From Pseudomonadota bacterium (GTDB lineage Bacteria; Pseudomonadota; Gammaproteobacteria; Enterobacterales; Enterobacteriaceae): DNA of 58,672 bases. The DNA lies in contig JBEGTQ010000042.1 in assembly GCA_041179305.1 (NCBI GenBank), positions 1-58,672 of the forward strand, in the 5' to 3' direction. A model generated the notes under the pieces. It made no database searches. It worked only from the letters and a program-made list of their open reading frames with translations, and was not told the DNA's origin. Below, piece after piece: positions 56,308-58,672 of this stretch; the stretch's first letter is position 1; each line of letters starts with the position of its first letter. The position numbers and the translations under genes were made by a program.

Positions 56308-57714
56308 TTATTCGTCATCGTACTGTGAGCCTGCATAGTTATCAAAGCGCGACCATTGGCCGTTAAACTTCAGCCGAACAGAGCCGATCGGGCCATTACG
56401 CTGTTTACCTAAAATGATTTGTGCAACCCCTTTCTCATCACTGTTCTCGTGATAAACCTCATCACGGTAAATAAACATGATTAGGTCAGCATCCTGCTCA
56501 ATGGAGCCTGATTCACGTAAATCGGAGTTTACCGGCCGTTTATCAGCACGTTGCTCCAAACCACGGTTGAGTTGTGATAACGCCACCACCGGCACCTGCA
56601 ACTCCTTCGCCAACGCTTTTAGCGAGCGTGAGATTTCGGCTATTTCCAGCGTTCGGTTATCCGAAAGGGATGGCACCCTCATCAATTGCAGGTAGTCGAT
56701 CATGATCAAACTCAAACCACCGTGTTCGCGGAAGATGCGCCGTGCACGGGAACGCACTTCCGTCGGCGTCAGGCCAGAAGAGTCATCAATGTACATATTG
56801 CGTTTTTCCATCAATATGCCCATTGAGCTAGAAATACGAGCCCAATCCTCATCATTAAGCTGACCGGTACGGATACGCGTCTGATCAACGTGCGACAGAG
56901 ACGCCAGCATACGCATCATAATCTGATCGCCGGGCATCTCAAGACTAAAGATCAATACCGGTTTTTCCTGCATCATCGCGGCGTTTTCGCACAAGTTCAT
57001 CGCGAAGGTAGTTTTCCCCATTGACGGGCGTGCAGCCACAATGATCAAATCTGATTTCTGCAAGCCGGCGGTCTTTTTATCAAGGTCGCTAAAACCGGTT
57101 GAAACCCCGGTTACCCCGTCATGAGGCCGCTGATAGAGCTGCTCAATACGGGCTACGGTATCTTCCAGAATGCGATCGATACTCTTCGGCCCTTCATCTT
57201 TACTGGCACGGCTCTCGGCAATCTGGAAAACTTTAGATTCAGCCAGATCCAGAAGATCTTCACTGCTACGCCCTTGCGGATCATAACCTGCGTCAGCAAT
57301 TTCGTTGGCCACCGAGATCATTTCACGCACTACCGCACGTTCGCGCACGATATCTGCATAAGCGCCAATATTCGCCGCACTTGGCGTATTTTTTGATAAT
57401 TCTGCCAGGTAGGCAAACCCCCCCACTGAATCCAAATCACCTTTTTGCTCTAGTGATTCGGACAAGGTGATCAAATCGATGGGTTTACTGTTTTCCAGCA
57501 AGCGCTGCATTTCAGTAAAGATCCGGCGATGTGGACGGCTGAAAAAATCATTGCTGGCAACGCGCTCTGACACGTTATCCCAGCGTTCGTTATCCAGCAT
57601 CAAACCGCCCAACACGGACTGCTCTGCCTCCAACGAATGAGGCGGGAGCTTCAGCCCTTCCATCTCGCGGTCTCGTGACACTATCATATTTTTGGTTGGT
57701 TTTTTTGCTGCCAT
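56308..57714 (-). CDS. dnaB: Replicative DNA helicase
   Basis: PPHSLEAEQSVLG, ARPSMGKT, IDYLQLM, SDLRESGSIEQDAD. Confidence 0.98.
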   Translation of the reverse strand: MAAKKPTKNMIVSRDREMEGLKLPPHSLEAEQSVLGGLMLDNERWDNVSERVASNDFFSRPHRRIFTEMQRLLENSKPIDLITLSESLEQKGDLDSVGGFAYLAELSKNTPSAANIGAYADIVRERAVVREMISVANEIADAGYDPQGRSSEDLLDLAESKVFQIAESRASKDEGPKSIDRILEDTVARIEQLYQRPHDGVTGVSTGFSDLDKKTAGLQKSDLIIVAARPSMGKTTFAMNLCENAAMMQEKPVLIFSLEMPGDQIMMRMLASLSHVDQTRIRTGQLNDEDWARISSSMGILMEKRNMYIDDSSGLTPTEVRSRARRIFREHGGLSLIMIDYLQLMRVPSLSDNRTLEIAEISRSLKALAKELQVPVVALSQLNRGLEQRADKRPVNSDLRESGSIEQDADLIMFIYRDEVYHENSDEKGVAQIILGKQRNGPIGSVRLKFNGQWSRFDNYAGSQYDDE

Positions 57715-57898
57715 GAAAAGTGTTCTTTACCTTTGTTGCGATAGGAAAATATCGAATAGAAAATATAACGGTTTAGTATACGCGATGATATCGCTAGCGG
57801 TAATTATGAATTCCTATTACTTATCGGTATTAGCCGATACTTGGCACATCATGCGAACCCCTGTAGGGTGGACATACATCTATTGCGAAGGAACTGAC

Positions 57899-58672
57899 AT
57901 GGCAAAGCATATCCAATTTAGCACCACGGGGGGGCCGGAAGTGTTACAATATCTTGATTTGATTCCCGCCGATCCTGCTGCACATGAGGTTCAGGTAGAA
58001 AACAAGGCGATAGGTATTAACTATATTGATACTTATATTCGTAGCGGGCTTTATCCACCCCCCCATTTCCCCTGCGGTTTAGGTACTGAGGCTGCCGGGA
58101 CAGTAACGAAAATCGGTTCTGCGGTCAGCGCGATAAAAATAGGTGACCGAGTAGTGTATGCCCAATCTGCACTTGGGGCTTACAGCGAAGTCCATAATGT
58201 CGCCGCCGAAAAAATTGCCTTGCTCCCTGAACAAATTTCTTTCGAACAGGCTGCGGCATCATTTCTTAAAGGGCTGACCGTCTACTATCTGTTGCACCAA
58301 ACTCACAAGATCAACGCGGGAGAAGTATTCCTGTTCCATGCCGCCGCAGGCGGTGTTGGGTTGATTGCCTGCCAATGGGCGAAAGCGCTCGGTGCTAAGC
58401 TCATCGGCAGTGTGGGTTCTGATAAAAAAGCCGAATTAGCAAAAGCGAATGGTGCGTGGGCCACAATAAATTACCATACTGAAAATATCGCCAGTCGCGT
58501 TGCAGAACTGACCAATGGCGAAAAAGTAGGTGTAGTATATGACTCAGTCGGCAAAAGTACTTGGCTGGACTCACTTAATAGCCTTAAGCCCAGGGGGTTA
58601 ATGGTTAGCTTTGGTAATGCCTCCGGCCCAGTGACAGGGGTAGACCTCACCATACTGAACCAAAAAGGTGGG
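57899..58672 (+). CDS. qorA: NADPH:quinone oxidoreductase (3' end runs off the window)
   Basis: ATG 57899: MAKHIQFSTTGGPEVL...AIGINYIDTYIRSGLYP...HAAAGGVG; divergent from dnaB. Confidence 0.93.
   Translation, partial: MAKHIQFSTTGGPEVLQYLDLIPADPAAHEVQVENKAIGINYIDTYIRSGLYPPPHFPCGLGTEAAGTVTKIGSAVSAIKIGDRVVYAQSALGAYSEVHNVAAEKIALLPEQISFEQAAASFLKGLTVYYLLHQTHKINAGEVFLFHAAAGGVGLIACQWAKALGAKLIGSVGSDKKAELAKANGAWATINYHTENIASRVAELTNGEKVGVVYDSVGKSTWLDSLNSLKPRGLMVSFGNASGPVTGVDLTILNQKGG

Overview
Core-chromosome window from a Yersinia-like enterobacterium, judged from protein sequences, gene order and dense ERIC repeats. It runs mtgA'-elbB-ArcZ-arcB, gltBD, sspAB, rplM-rpsI, zapE, yhcB, degS, murA-ibaG-mlaFEDCB, yrbG-kdsDC-lptCAB-rpoN-hpf-ptsN-rapZ-npr, pyrBI, ridA, treCBR, mgtL-mgtA, a patchwork accessory junction (about 39.9-46.0 kb: AT-rich orphan secreted Cys protein, pmbA, lpxP, IS1 scar, PqaA-family hydrolase), yjcE, ghxP, ssb, uvrA, tyrB, alr, dnaB and qorA'. 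I see no complete novel multi-gene system. The strongest hidden signal is early genome erosion. degQ is reduced to a 27-codon tail fused to a truncated ERIC, a glutathione S-transferase survives only as a decayed tail, there are IS1 and possible IS3 scars, several usual neighbours appear missing (yhcC, yjgA, yjbQR, pyrL), and housekeeping proteins carry many substitutions at normally conserved residues. Other points of interest are a full ERIC inside the PhoP/MgtL leader of mgtA and a candidate structured RNA upstream of lpxP. All family assignments and comparisons with relatives come from recognising the translations by eye; no searches were run.
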